NCBI GenBank assembly: GCA_002778785.1
Contig: PEZS01000010.1
Coordinates: forward strand, 184,671 to 248,670
Length of the DNA stretch: 64,000 nt
Reading direction: 5' to 3'
DNA from: Bdellovibrionales bacterium CG10_big_fil_rev_8_21_14_0_10_45_34
GTDB lineage: Bacteria; Bdellovibrionota; Bdellovibrionia; Bdellovibrionales; 1-14-0-10-45-34
In this document: in pieces, positions 39,201-47,257 of the stretch
How the letters are laid out: the number at the start of each line of letters is the position of its first letter
How positions within the stretch are numbered: position 1 is the first letter of the stretch
The notes under the pieces: model-generated
Told to the model about the DNA's origin: nothing
The model's input: the letters and a program-made list of their open reading frames with translations, nothing else
Databases searched by the model: none
Position numbers and translations under genes: made by a program

Positions 39201-39291
39201 GGGTTTCTTTGCAACCATGAGAAAGAGTTTGTCCTATTCGTGTTGGGTCAACCACGCAAGGAGTTTGAAAGTAGTTCGGAGGCTTTGCGGT

Positions 39292-40488
39292 CTACCGCTG
39301 AGACGTCATATTAGCGTAAGAATCGTAGACCATGGCGGCAGTGATATCTTTCATGCATTTGTGGTGACCGAGCGGGCACTCATTGTGACCGTGCTTTCCA
39401 CAAGGTCGACACGAAAGTTCATTGTTTTCAACGATGATACTTTTAGCATTCCATGGTTGATACCCCAAAGACAGTGTCGTAGGCCCAAATATGGCCACAG
39501 TAGGTGTGCCAGCTAAACTTGCTACATGCATGGCACCTGAATCGTTCGTGATTACACACTTTGCGTCTCTCATGATTAGAATCAAGTCAGAGACAGAAGT
39601 AAGGCCGCAAAGATTTATTGCTGAGTTGCTATCTGAAATACCTTCGCATTTCGCCAAGGCCTGATGCAAAATACTATCCGCTAGTGTTTTCTCTGTCTGG
39701 GTTCCGACGACCACAATTCGATTGTTTTGGCGGAGCAGAATTTCTATGAGTGCTGCAAATCCCCCTTGGGTCCATTGCTTTGTCGCCCACTGACTGCCTG
39801 GTGCAATGACAAGGTAGTCTTTCAAGCGGGATCTCACGAAGAAATCCTTCACACCAACACTAGGCTGAAGTGTGTCGGCGGGATTTTTAGGATTGCGATT
39901 TTGCAAAAGATAACTCTCTTGATTAGAGACAACTGTTTGCTCCCCATTATGAGACTCCATCGGCGGCAAAGCGGCAGGGGCAGCTTCTATAAAAGACATT
40001 TCCTTTTCTGAAAGTTGCATCGTAAACTTTTCTTGCAAGGCAGCCACATTCTTAGAAGAGACATTTTCATTTGATAGGTTTGTAACCAAAGATACTTGTC
40101 TTAAAGCGTCTGGCAAATGGCGAGGCCAGTTTTTTGTCTCTGTAAAAGCCCACCGCGTTTTAAGTTGTTGAAACCCCACGCGCCTAGGGGCGCCAATGCG
40201 AAAAGAAAGCCACGCACTTGAAAAGGATTTGTGAGGGCAGTAAATGGTTTCAAACCGTTCGGCTTTTAACTTTCGGGAAGTCTCATTTCGCCAAGAACTC
40301 TGACTTTTATCTACTTGGTGAAGGCGATCAACGATCTTTACATTTAAATAAAAATCTCCGAGACCTTTTTTTGCAAGCAAATGAATCTCTGACAGCGGGT
40401 GAAGCTTTCTAACTTCTCTCAATAGGGGAATCGACAGGAGTAGATCGCCTAGAAAGGCTGTTTGGATGACCAAAATTTTGCTTTTCAA
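39292..40488 (-). CDS. Glycosyltransferase family 9 (heptosyltransferase-like)
   Basis: The track ORF is 39292..40605. I prefer the TTG at 40488, which gives (M)KSKILVIQTAFLGDLLLSIPLL, the canonical GT9 N-terminus. The C-terminal Cys/His cluster CRPCGKHGHNECPLGHHKC is present. Confidence 0.75.
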   Translation of the reverse strand: MKSKILVIQTAFLGDLLLSIPLLREVRKLHPLSEIHLLAKKGLGDFYLNVKIVDRLHQVDKSQSSWRNETSRKLKAERFETIYCPHKSFSSAWLSFRIGAPRRVGFQQLKTRWAFTETKNWPRHLPDALRQVSLVTNLSNENVSSKNVAALQEKFTMQLSEKEMSFIEAAPAALPPMESHNGEQTVVSNQESYLLQNRNPKNPADTLQPSVGVKDFFVRSRLKDYLVIAPGSQWATKQWTQGGFAALIEILLRQNNRIVVVGTQTEKTLADSILHQALAKCEGISDSNSAINLCGLTSVSDLILIMRDAKCVITNDSGAMHVASLAGTPTVAIFGPTTLSLGYQPWNAKSIIVENNELSCRPCGKHGHNECPLGHHKCMKDITAAMVYDSYANMTSQR

Positions 40489-41704
40489 GATAGTGCAATC
40501 CTTTTTCGATACCTTTAAGAATTTCGACTTCTGGCACGTGATCATAACACATAACCGGTCGATCACAACTGCGCTTCCAGCAGGGACCGCACGGAACATT
40601 TGCAATCACCTTGTAGCCGCAATCAAATAGATCGATTTCATGGGAGCATGTGGGTCCAAACCAAGCAATGGTCCACTTTCGTTGAGAAATGGCAAAATGC
40701 ATCCCCAATGAATCGCCAGAGAGCACGAGATCGCATGCAGCTATCGATGAAAGCCCATCCCTTAAGCCCAAGTCATGGGGCGACATGATTGCTCCGGGTG
40801 AAAGATCCAGAATCTGCTTATTTCTTTCTAGATCTTCTTTTCCGCCCAAAAGCACAACGCGGACGCCGGTGAAAGTTTGATGAATTAAATTAATGAGCTG
40901 AGCTGACCCTTCTACGGTCATCTTTTTGTAAGGTATAACATTGCTGCAGCCCGTATTGAATCCAAGTAATAGACGAACCGGGAGCTGAGCTTCGTTCCGA
41001 CTGTTATAGTGGGAAAGCGAACCCCTCTTGGTGGCCCATGGAATCTCATTCTTTGTGATTTTACATTTAAAGTCGTTGTTTTTGGAAAGCCATTCTAAGC
41101 GGCGGCGAGAGGACAGTGCCTTTTCTGTTTCAGAAAGTGGAAGGCTGTATTGCGAACGCCAGTACTCTAACTCTAAACTCTCACAGAGCAATTGCGCTTC
41201 GGACTTTTTGTTAACAAAGAATTTTTCATTATTGTCTATTCCGAGTTGCCAGAGCCGATCAGCTGCTTTGGTAGCAGGTACAACGACTCCGTTTTGGTCA
41301 GATACAAATCCAAAAGTCTTTTTTACTGAAAGGTTGTCGACAAACCCAGCGGCGCGAATATCTTTGTCGACAATATAGGCTGCTTCAAACTGTATTGGTG
41401 TTAATTGCATGAGCGATTCAAAAGAGAGGTTGAGCTTTTGGTAGATGCCGGGGTGATCACCTAAAATTTCTGGCCTTTCAGTAACCCAGAAGATTTGACA
41501 ACCAGGATGCTTCTTCGCAATAGGTTCAAGCAATGATGTTGAGCGAACAACGGCACCGAGAGCCCCGAGATGCACCAAAAGAATATTTGGCCCGCGTTTA
41601 GTGGGTGAAGACGAGGGCGAGGGCGATTCAAAATGACAACGCTGAGTACATCCGTATTGACACGGGCGATCACCTTTAAAATTTCGACATTCAGTAATCG
41701 ACAC
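40409..41704 (-). CDS. Glycosyltransferase family 9 with an N-terminal Cys cluster
   Basis: Track ORF of 431 aa with N-terminal CRNFKGDRPCQYGCTQRC, GT9 core motifs (GDSLGMHFA) and C-terminal CGPCWKRSC. Its 3' end overlaps the next GT9 gene by at least 80 nt. Confidence 0.75.
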   Translation of the reverse strand: MSITECRNFKGDRPCQYGCTQRCHFESPSPSSSPTKRGPNILLVHLGALGAVVRSTSLLEPIAKKHPGCQIFWVTERPEILGDHPGIYQKLNLSFESLMQLTPIQFEAAYIVDKDIRAAGFVDNLSVKKTFGFVSDQNGVVVPATKAADRLWQLGIDNNEKFFVNKKSEAQLLCESLELEYWRSQYSLPLSETEKALSSRRRLEWLSKNNDFKCKITKNEIPWATKRGSLSHYNSRNEAQLPVRLLLGFNTGCSNVIPYKKMTVEGSAQLINLIHQTFTGVRVVLLGGKEDLERNKQILDLSPGAIMSPHDLGLRDGLSSIAACDLVLSGDSLGMHFAISQRKWTIAWFGPTCSHEIDLFDCGYKVIANVPCGPCWKRSCDRPVMCYDHVPEVEILKGIEKGLHYLEKQNFGHPNSLSRRSTPVDSPIERS

Positions 41705-41881
41705 ATCTTTAGTTTACCCAAGTCGGGCACGCCATTAGAGGCTAAGTCTTTGAATTACCGAGGAACGCGACGTTCGCATGGGAAAATTATTCCATCTTCT
41801 CGAAATGTTTTCCCCGCCCAGAACAATTTCTCAGCAAATTTCTAGACGCGTAAACAGCTTCAGCGAGGAGTTCTGGTCTAT

Positions 41882-41915
41882 TTAATTCGATGATCATTTT
41901 AATTCGATGATCATT
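41882..41915. repeat. Perfect 17-bp tandem duplication, each copy containing the 10-bp palindrome AATGATCATT
   Basis: TTAATTCGATGATCATT occurs twice, at 41882-41898 and 41899-41915. The second copy overlaps the stop codon of the response-regulator gene (41911-41913). Confidence 0.9.
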
Positions 41916-43317
41916 CGTTCACGAAAAACTCTTTTGCAATAATGCCGTACTTGCGCATTTTTCTAAGAAGAGTGTTCTTAGGTATGTTGGCCTGGGCCAC
42001 TGTTTGGTTAATTCTGCCGTTGTTAGCCTTTAGAGCAGCCAAAATAAATTCTCGCTCGGCCTTCTCTTTAAACTCTTCGAAGTCTAAGGCACTCTCTACA
42101 TGCACACCCGGCGCAGGCGCAGTCGTTTTTGCAGCCGCCTGAATTTGCTGGGGCAAGCTGGCCAAAGAAATGGTAGAGGAGTTCTCAACAATAAAAGCGT
42201 GTTCAATAACATTTTCGAGCTCACGAATGTTGCCTGGCCACCCATAATGTTTAATCGCCTTTAACGACTCATCAGAAACACCAGTCATTTTTCGCTTGTG
42301 CTGCAAATTAAATTTTTCAATAAAGCGACTCACCAAAGACTCAATGTCATCGAGCCTTTCACGTAGAGGCGGAATAAAAATTGGCATGACGTTGAGCCGG
42401 TAGAACAAATCTTCGCGAAACGAACCATCGACGATCATTCTCTCTAGATTTCGATTTGTTGCGGCTATCACCCGAGATCCGGTGCGCACTTCTCGGTTGC
42501 TACCCACCGGCATAAAAGTTTTGTCTTGAAGTACTCTCAGTAGTTTCACCTGCATCTCAGGAGGTAACTCACCAATCTCATCTAAAAAAAGTGTCCCTTG
42601 ATTAGCCAGTTGGAATTTGCCAATTTTTCTCTCTGTCGCACCTGTAAAAGCACCTCTTTCATGTCCGAACAGTTCGCTCTCCATTAAGTTGACTGGAATG
42701 GCTCCGCAATTGATGGCTACAAAGGGGCCGGCTTTCCTGGGCGAGTTAAAATGAATGGCCCTAGCGACGAGCTCTTTTCCGGTACCGTTTTCTCCGCGTA
42801 TGAGAACAGTTGTCTCTACTTTGGTAAGCCTACTTACCAAATCAAAGATTTGCCTCATTTGGGTAGACCCGCCTACCATGTCACTTTCAATGTCGTCGTC
42901 AAAAATGGGGTTCGACATGGCAATCTTTGAAACCATCTCTCTGGCATCTAAGGCTTTTCTTACAATCTCAGAAAGCTTTTCAGCCTGAATGGGTTTTTCG
43001 ACGTAATCATAGGCACCTTCTTTTATAGCATCGATGGCGTCTTGCACGTTCCCGTGAGCCGTGATCAACACAACAAAAGTGGAAGGGTCTATCTCTTTGA
43101 TCTTTTTAAGGGTTGTAAGTCCGTCCATCTCGGGCATTCGGACGTCAAGAAGGATGAGATCCCATTTAGTTTGAGAGAACATCTGAAGTGCCTTTGCGCC
43201 ATTGTCAGCTTCTGCCGTAACCACGGGCAACCCAAAATCTTCCCGCTCTAGCGCCAGCTTTATTGACTCTCGAAGTTCCGGTTCATCATCGACTATTAAT
43301 ACTTGTATTTTGTTCAT
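41911..43317 (-). CDS. Sigma54-dependent response regulator (NtrC family)
   Basis: The track ORF is 41911..43362. The ATG at 43317 gives MNKIQVLIVDDEPELRE. Domains: receiver, AAA+ (GENGTGKELVARAIH, GAFTGA) and a C-terminal Fis-type HTH. Confidence 0.9.
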   Translation of the reverse strand: MNKIQVLIVDDEPELRESIKLALEREDFGLPVVTAEADNGAKALQMFSQTKWDLILLDVRMPEMDGLTTLKKIKEIDPSTFVVLITAHGNVQDAIDAIKEGAYDYVEKPIQAEKLSEIVRKALDAREMVSKIAMSNPIFDDDIESDMVGGSTQMRQIFDLVSRLTKVETTVLIRGENGTGKELVARAIHFNSPRKAGPFVAINCGAIPVNLMESELFGHERGAFTGATERKIGKFQLANQGTLFLDEIGELPPEMQVKLLRVLQDKTFMPVGSNREVRTGSRVIAATNRNLERMIVDGSFREDLFYRLNVMPIFIPPLRERLDDIESLVSRFIEKFNLQHKRKMTGVSDESLKAIKHYGWPGNIRELENVIEHAFIVENSSTISLASLPQQIQAAAKTTAPAPGVHVESALDFEEFKEKAEREFILAALKANNGRINQTVAQANIPKNTLLRKMRKYGIIAKEFFVNE

Positions 43318-43417
43318 TTGAAGCCTTTTAAAAGAGATTCTTTGATTAAAGGTATTTCGCAAGTAAAATTCATTTCACTAGCGACCTTTTGAAAAAAGAT
43401 TCTAAATATTTTAGTGT

Positions 43418-43504
43418 CCGATCACCGATCACCGATCACCGATCACCGATCACCGATCACCGATCACCGATCACCGATCACCGATCACCGATCACCGATC
43501 ACCG
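43418..43504. repeat. Heptanucleotide microsatellite (CCGATCA)x12.4, with 12 GATC sites
   Basis: I read a perfect 7-bp periodicity over 87 nt with no interruption. It lies in the 155-nt gap between the kinase stop (43518) and the regulator start. Confidence 0.98.
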
Positions 43505-43517
43505 TGCCCGGATTTTA

Positions 43518-45362
43518 TCATAGGGGCAAGGTAAAGCCAATCTTCGTGCCTTGGTTTATTTCGCTGCTGACAAATACCCTACCCCCGTGAAGCTCGACAA
43601 AATATTTCACAAAGTAAAGTCCCAGGCCACTGCCACGGGTGTGAAGTTCAGACTGGCTACCGCGGTAAAATTTCTCCCAAACTCGCTCCAGGTCACTTTG
43701 CCCTATACCAGGTCCATTATCGATGACAGTCACGTCTACCATATTTTCGTGTTCCCGAGTGATAACCTTAACAATAGAGCCATTAGGAGTGTATTTAATG
43801 GCGTTTTCGATAAGGTTCTGTAGCACCTCTTTGATGAGTACCGGATCGACTTCGACCGAGAAAAGTGGTTCCAAATCTTGCAGTATCATTGAATTTTTTT
43901 CCTGGGCAAGCGGCTTGAGCTCATCGACCAACCTAAGAACAATATCGTTAATATCTACAGGTTGTTTATGCAGTTTGAAGTCTACGGCCTCCACCCGAAT
44001 AACCTGAAGTATCGACTGAATGTATCGATGGAGTTCATAGCTGGCTTTTCTCAGTGAACCCAGCTCTTCAGAAATTTCACTCTCTAAAGCAGAAAACTTG
44101 AGTTTGTCGAGTGTTGCAGAGATTTTTGCTAAGGGTGTCTTAAGGTCGTGAGAAAAAAGGCTCACAAAGTTATTCTTCATTATTTCAAGCTCTCTAAGAT
44201 TGCTGCTTTCTTGCTCGAGTAGCCAATTGAGACGATCCTTTTCTGTGAGCTGCCAGGTGACAAACAAAGCCAAAATTAAAGTGCCCATAATAATAGGGCT
44301 AGCAATAGGGAGCCAAAAGTGGACGACGTCGAACATCCAAGTCGACGCTGCAGCAATAAATCCCCAAACGACGAAAAATATCGTAAGTGTTAGCAAGGGC
44401 GGAAAGACTATGGAAATTAAGGCAAACAGAAAACAAAGGACAAGCAAGTAAATGGCGTAAAACCAAGTCGGCGCTTTCTTAACCCATTCATCAAATGCGA
44501 GGTTGTGAAGGATGTTGCCAATAACGGCAGCTTTTGGCATCGGCCCCAATGGAGTCTGAAGTTCTTGACCTGCAGATTGTCTGGCTCCAACCAAAACAAC
44601 GTGACCTCGGAGTTTCGCTCGCTGAACGGAATTCGTTAAGATCTCTGCAAAGGTGAAGGTGGGAAAGACATCGGGTGGGCCCAAATAGTTTATCGTTTCT
44701 ACCACATGATTAGGCCTAACTACGTCGCCGATTTCACGAGCTAGTGATAGGGGCAAACTTGTCGCCGTCGAAGGTGTTGGAATAACTCTTCTGAGCACAC
44801 CATCAAGATCTTCAGTTAGGTCTACGAGGCCCGCGTTTGGCGAGTAAATTCGTGGTGCAAATCGAGGCAGGCGCGTGCGCCCTTCAGCATCAAGCCTAGC
44901 CGACCAATAAACGCGAGGGTTCTCAAACACAACCATAGAAGACAGTCGTCTTGGTCGTGGAATGTTTTCACCGAAGAAAAAGGTTACGCCTATCGCCTTT
45001 ACTTCTACTTCTAATAGCCGCCTAATGAGAGTAGTCCAAAGTTCTTCGTTCCAAAAGTAGCTGTCTGTAAGGGGGCCGATTTCTTTAAGTGGACGGATCA
45101 TATTGATCGATGGTTCGACCCACCTGTACCACTCTTGCTCGTTAACGAGCACGAGGGCTATAGGAGCTTTCAATGGCTGAGAAGGTCTTACCTGAAAGCG
45201 GTAATCATAATTTGTAGATTCGTCATACTGTAATGCCACGAGTGAAATGAGCCAGGCTATGAGCGCTCGAGCTGCCAAACTGCCTATGACTCTCCCCCCC
45301 CACATCTGTAGGCGGTTTGGCTTTTTCATGGTTTTGTTATTTAACGACATTTTGCTGCCCAC
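43518..45362 (-). CDS. Sensor histidine kinase with a CHASE2-like extracytoplasmic domain
   Basis: Track ORF of 614 aa. Architecture: N-terminal TM, ~250-aa periplasmic region, 3 TM segments, the HisKA H-box SLFSHDLKTPL, and the HATPase N/G boxes (NLIENAIKYT, GSGLGL). A G8 tract lies at codons W-G-G-R (45294-45301). Confidence 0.8.
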   Translation of the reverse strand: MGSKMSLNNKTMKKPNRLQMWGGRVIGSLAARALIAWLISLVALQYDESTNYDYRFQVRPSQPLKAPIALVLVNEQEWYRWVEPSINMIRPLKEIGPLTDSYFWNEELWTTLIRRLLEVEVKAIGVTFFFGENIPRPRRLSSMVVFENPRVYWSARLDAEGRTRLPRFAPRIYSPNAGLVDLTEDLDGVLRRVIPTPSTATSLPLSLAREIGDVVRPNHVVETINYLGPPDVFPTFTFAEILTNSVQRAKLRGHVVLVGARQSAGQELQTPLGPMPKAAVIGNILHNLAFDEWVKKAPTWFYAIYLLVLCFLFALISIVFPPLLTLTIFFVVWGFIAAASTWMFDVVHFWLPIASPIIMGTLILALFVTWQLTEKDRLNWLLEQESSNLRELEIMKNNFVSLFSHDLKTPLAKISATLDKLKFSALESEISEELGSLRKASYELHRYIQSILQVIRVEAVDFKLHKQPVDINDIVLRLVDELKPLAQEKNSMILQDLEPLFSVEVDPVLIKEVLQNLIENAIKYTPNGSIVKVITREHENMVDVTVIDNGPGIGQSDLERVWEKFYRGSQSELHTRGSGLGLYFVKYFVELHGGRVFVSSEINQGTKIGFTLPL

Positions 45363-45475
45363 TTTAGGAGATTTTGTGCAAGAAGGCTAGGGGAGGAGCT
45401 CATTTCAACTTGCTACTGCAAAAAGCATATCGTATCCAGTCTAAAACGGGCTCACAATAAGGACACACCTTAATT

Positions 45476-46399
45476 ATGGAAATATTTCGCGGAGTTCACA
45501 CTCTCAATAGACCACTGCCGGGCTCTGTCGTCACTATAGGAAATTTTGATGGAGTTCACTTGGGGCACCAAAAAATTGTCTCAGACCTCCAAGATATGGC
45601 CCGGCGTTTGGGTTTGACGACTGTGGTGTTTTCTTTCTCCCCTCATCCACGCCGGGTGCTATTCCCGCAGCTAGATTTCAAGTGTCTTTCGACCGAAAAA
45701 GAACAGTTGGCTCGTTTTGAAGAGCTGGGAGTGGATAAAGTAGTTATAGAGCCATTTTCTCGTGCGGTATCGCAGCTATCTCCGCAGAGATTTTTTAATG
45801 AATGGATTTTAAAGCCACTGGCCGCGCAAGGTTTAGTTGTGGGGTACGACTTTTCTTTCGGAGCCAATCGAGAGGGAAATTTCGAGATACTTCAGTCACT
45901 TTGTGAATGTGCCGGAGTTGAGCTGCGGACAACTTCCGCGTTACGTATAGCAGGCGAGATAGTTTCAAGTAGCCGAATTCGAAAACTCTTGCTGGAGTCT
46001 CAGGTCGAAAAAGCTGCACTTTTACTAGGACGCCCTTTTAGTATTGTCGGTTTAGTCAAAAAGGGAGATGGCCGTGGCAAGTCCCTTGGATTTCCAACAG
46101 CCAATCTCGAAGTCGAAGGCGAGTTTCTCCCGCGGTCTGGCGTATATTTTGGAAAAGCGAAGTGGCAGGGTCGATCGGACTGGGCCATTGCCAATATCGG
46201 TAGCAGGCCTACTTTTTATTCTGATGGCCAAGTTCAACCCGAAGTTCATATCTTAGAACAGGACGTTAATCTTTATGGAACCAGCTTGGAGTTTGAATTT
46301 CATGCACACCTTAGGAGTGAGAAAAAGTTCGCTGGACCAAACGAACTGATTGAGCAAATCAAAATTGATGTTCAACAAGCCCGAAATCATATTCAATAG
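45476..46399 (+). CDS. ribF: Bifunctional riboflavin kinase / FAD synthetase
   Basis: Track ORF of 307 aa with the motifs GNFDGVHLGHQ and GRGKSLGFPTANL. Confidence 0.95.
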   Translation: MEIFRGVHTLNRPLPGSVVTIGNFDGVHLGHQKIVSDLQDMARRLGLTTVVFSFSPHPRRVLFPQLDFKCLSTEKEQLARFEELGVDKVVIEPFSRAVSQLSPQRFFNEWILKPLAAQGLVVGYDFSFGANREGNFEILQSLCECAGVELRTTSALRIAGEIVSSSRIRKLLLESQVEKAALLLGRPFSIVGLVKKGDGRGKSLGFPTANLEVEGEFLPRSGVYFGKAKWQGRSDWAIANIGSRPTFYSDGQVQPEVHILEQDVNLYGTSLEFEFHAHLRSEKKFAGPNELIEQIKIDVQQARNHIQ

Positions 46400-46403
46400 A
46401 ACT

Positions 46404-47201
46404 ATGACCTATCGATACTATGGCTTTGGTTGGCAAGAGAAGTGGGTGAGTGAATTATCCAAGGCCGCTTCTGTCGAATTCGAATTTAGAACTTTAGATG
46501 ATGAAGTCTTTTCGAATCAACAGGCGCTTCAGGAACTAAAACAAGATTTCAAAAAACTCTTTGAAGAGGATGAGAAGTTTGTTTTGGGCCACCCTGACTT
46601 TGGAAGATTCCTTGTAAAGGAACTTCCCCAGGTCCCTTACAGAATGATCGGCATGGGGTGGGTCGATTCTCTTATTATCAAGCATCGAAAAGTCGCAGTT
46701 GTTGAGAATGCTCACTATTACTCGTGCATCTCTCAACTGGAAACAATTGGGTATATCGATCCTAAAAGACCGGCACTTGTCGTGGGCGAGGGAGCCGAAG
46801 TTTACTCAGCAGTAGCAGCTTTGTTCTATAGAGGGCTGCGCAATATTCATCTTTGCTCCAGTGACAAGTTCGTTTGCCAAAAAATCTCAGACCACCTGTC
46901 AAAATACTATCTCGGTTTGAATGTTGATTGGATTGATCCCGAAAGATTGACATCAATTGCCGGCATATTTTCCTTGGCTATAAATACGGGGGATCTCTTT
47001 AGTGATGAGTATCTGCTGAATGGTCTCAGCTTCTTTAACTATCTCACGAAGGGCGGATGGGTTATGAACTGGACCCTTCGGCCAGGAAGCGAGGATATGT
47101 TTACGGAAAGAGCGAAAGAAGTTGGAGCAAGCGTTATTACACCAGACCAGTTTCTTCAGGAAATGGCGAATCAAGTTCAAAAGATCCAGGCCTCCGTCTA
47201 G
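46404..47201 (+). CDS. Divergent shikimate-dehydrogenase-like Rossmann protein (weak call)
   Basis: The track ORF is 46350..47201. The ATG at 46404 follows the ribF stop. There is only loose resemblance to AroE (VVGEGAEVYSAVAAL, LAINTGD). Confidence 0.3.
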   Translation: MTYRYYGFGWQEKWVSELSKAASVEFEFRTLDDEVFSNQQALQELKQDFKKLFEEDEKFVLGHPDFGRFLVKELPQVPYRMIGMGWVDSLIIKHRKVAVVENAHYYSCISQLETIGYIDPKRPALVVGEGAEVYSAVAALFYRGLRNIHLCSSDKFVCQKISDHLSKYYLGLNVDWIDPERLTSIAGIFSLAINTGDLFSDEYLLNGLSFFNYLTKGGWVMNWTLRPGSEDMFTERAKEVGASVITPDQFLQEMANQVQKIQASV

Positions 47202-47257
47202 TTACAAAAACTGTCACTGCTCGATACAATTAAAAGGATAAGGTTCGGGCATTTTGT

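Noticed and set aside
43418-43504. Whether the 7-bp array could be a CRISPR array or a coding repeat.
   Set aside because: There are no spacers, since the units are contiguous and identical. The unit length is 7 and no ORF spans the array. It is a microsatellite.
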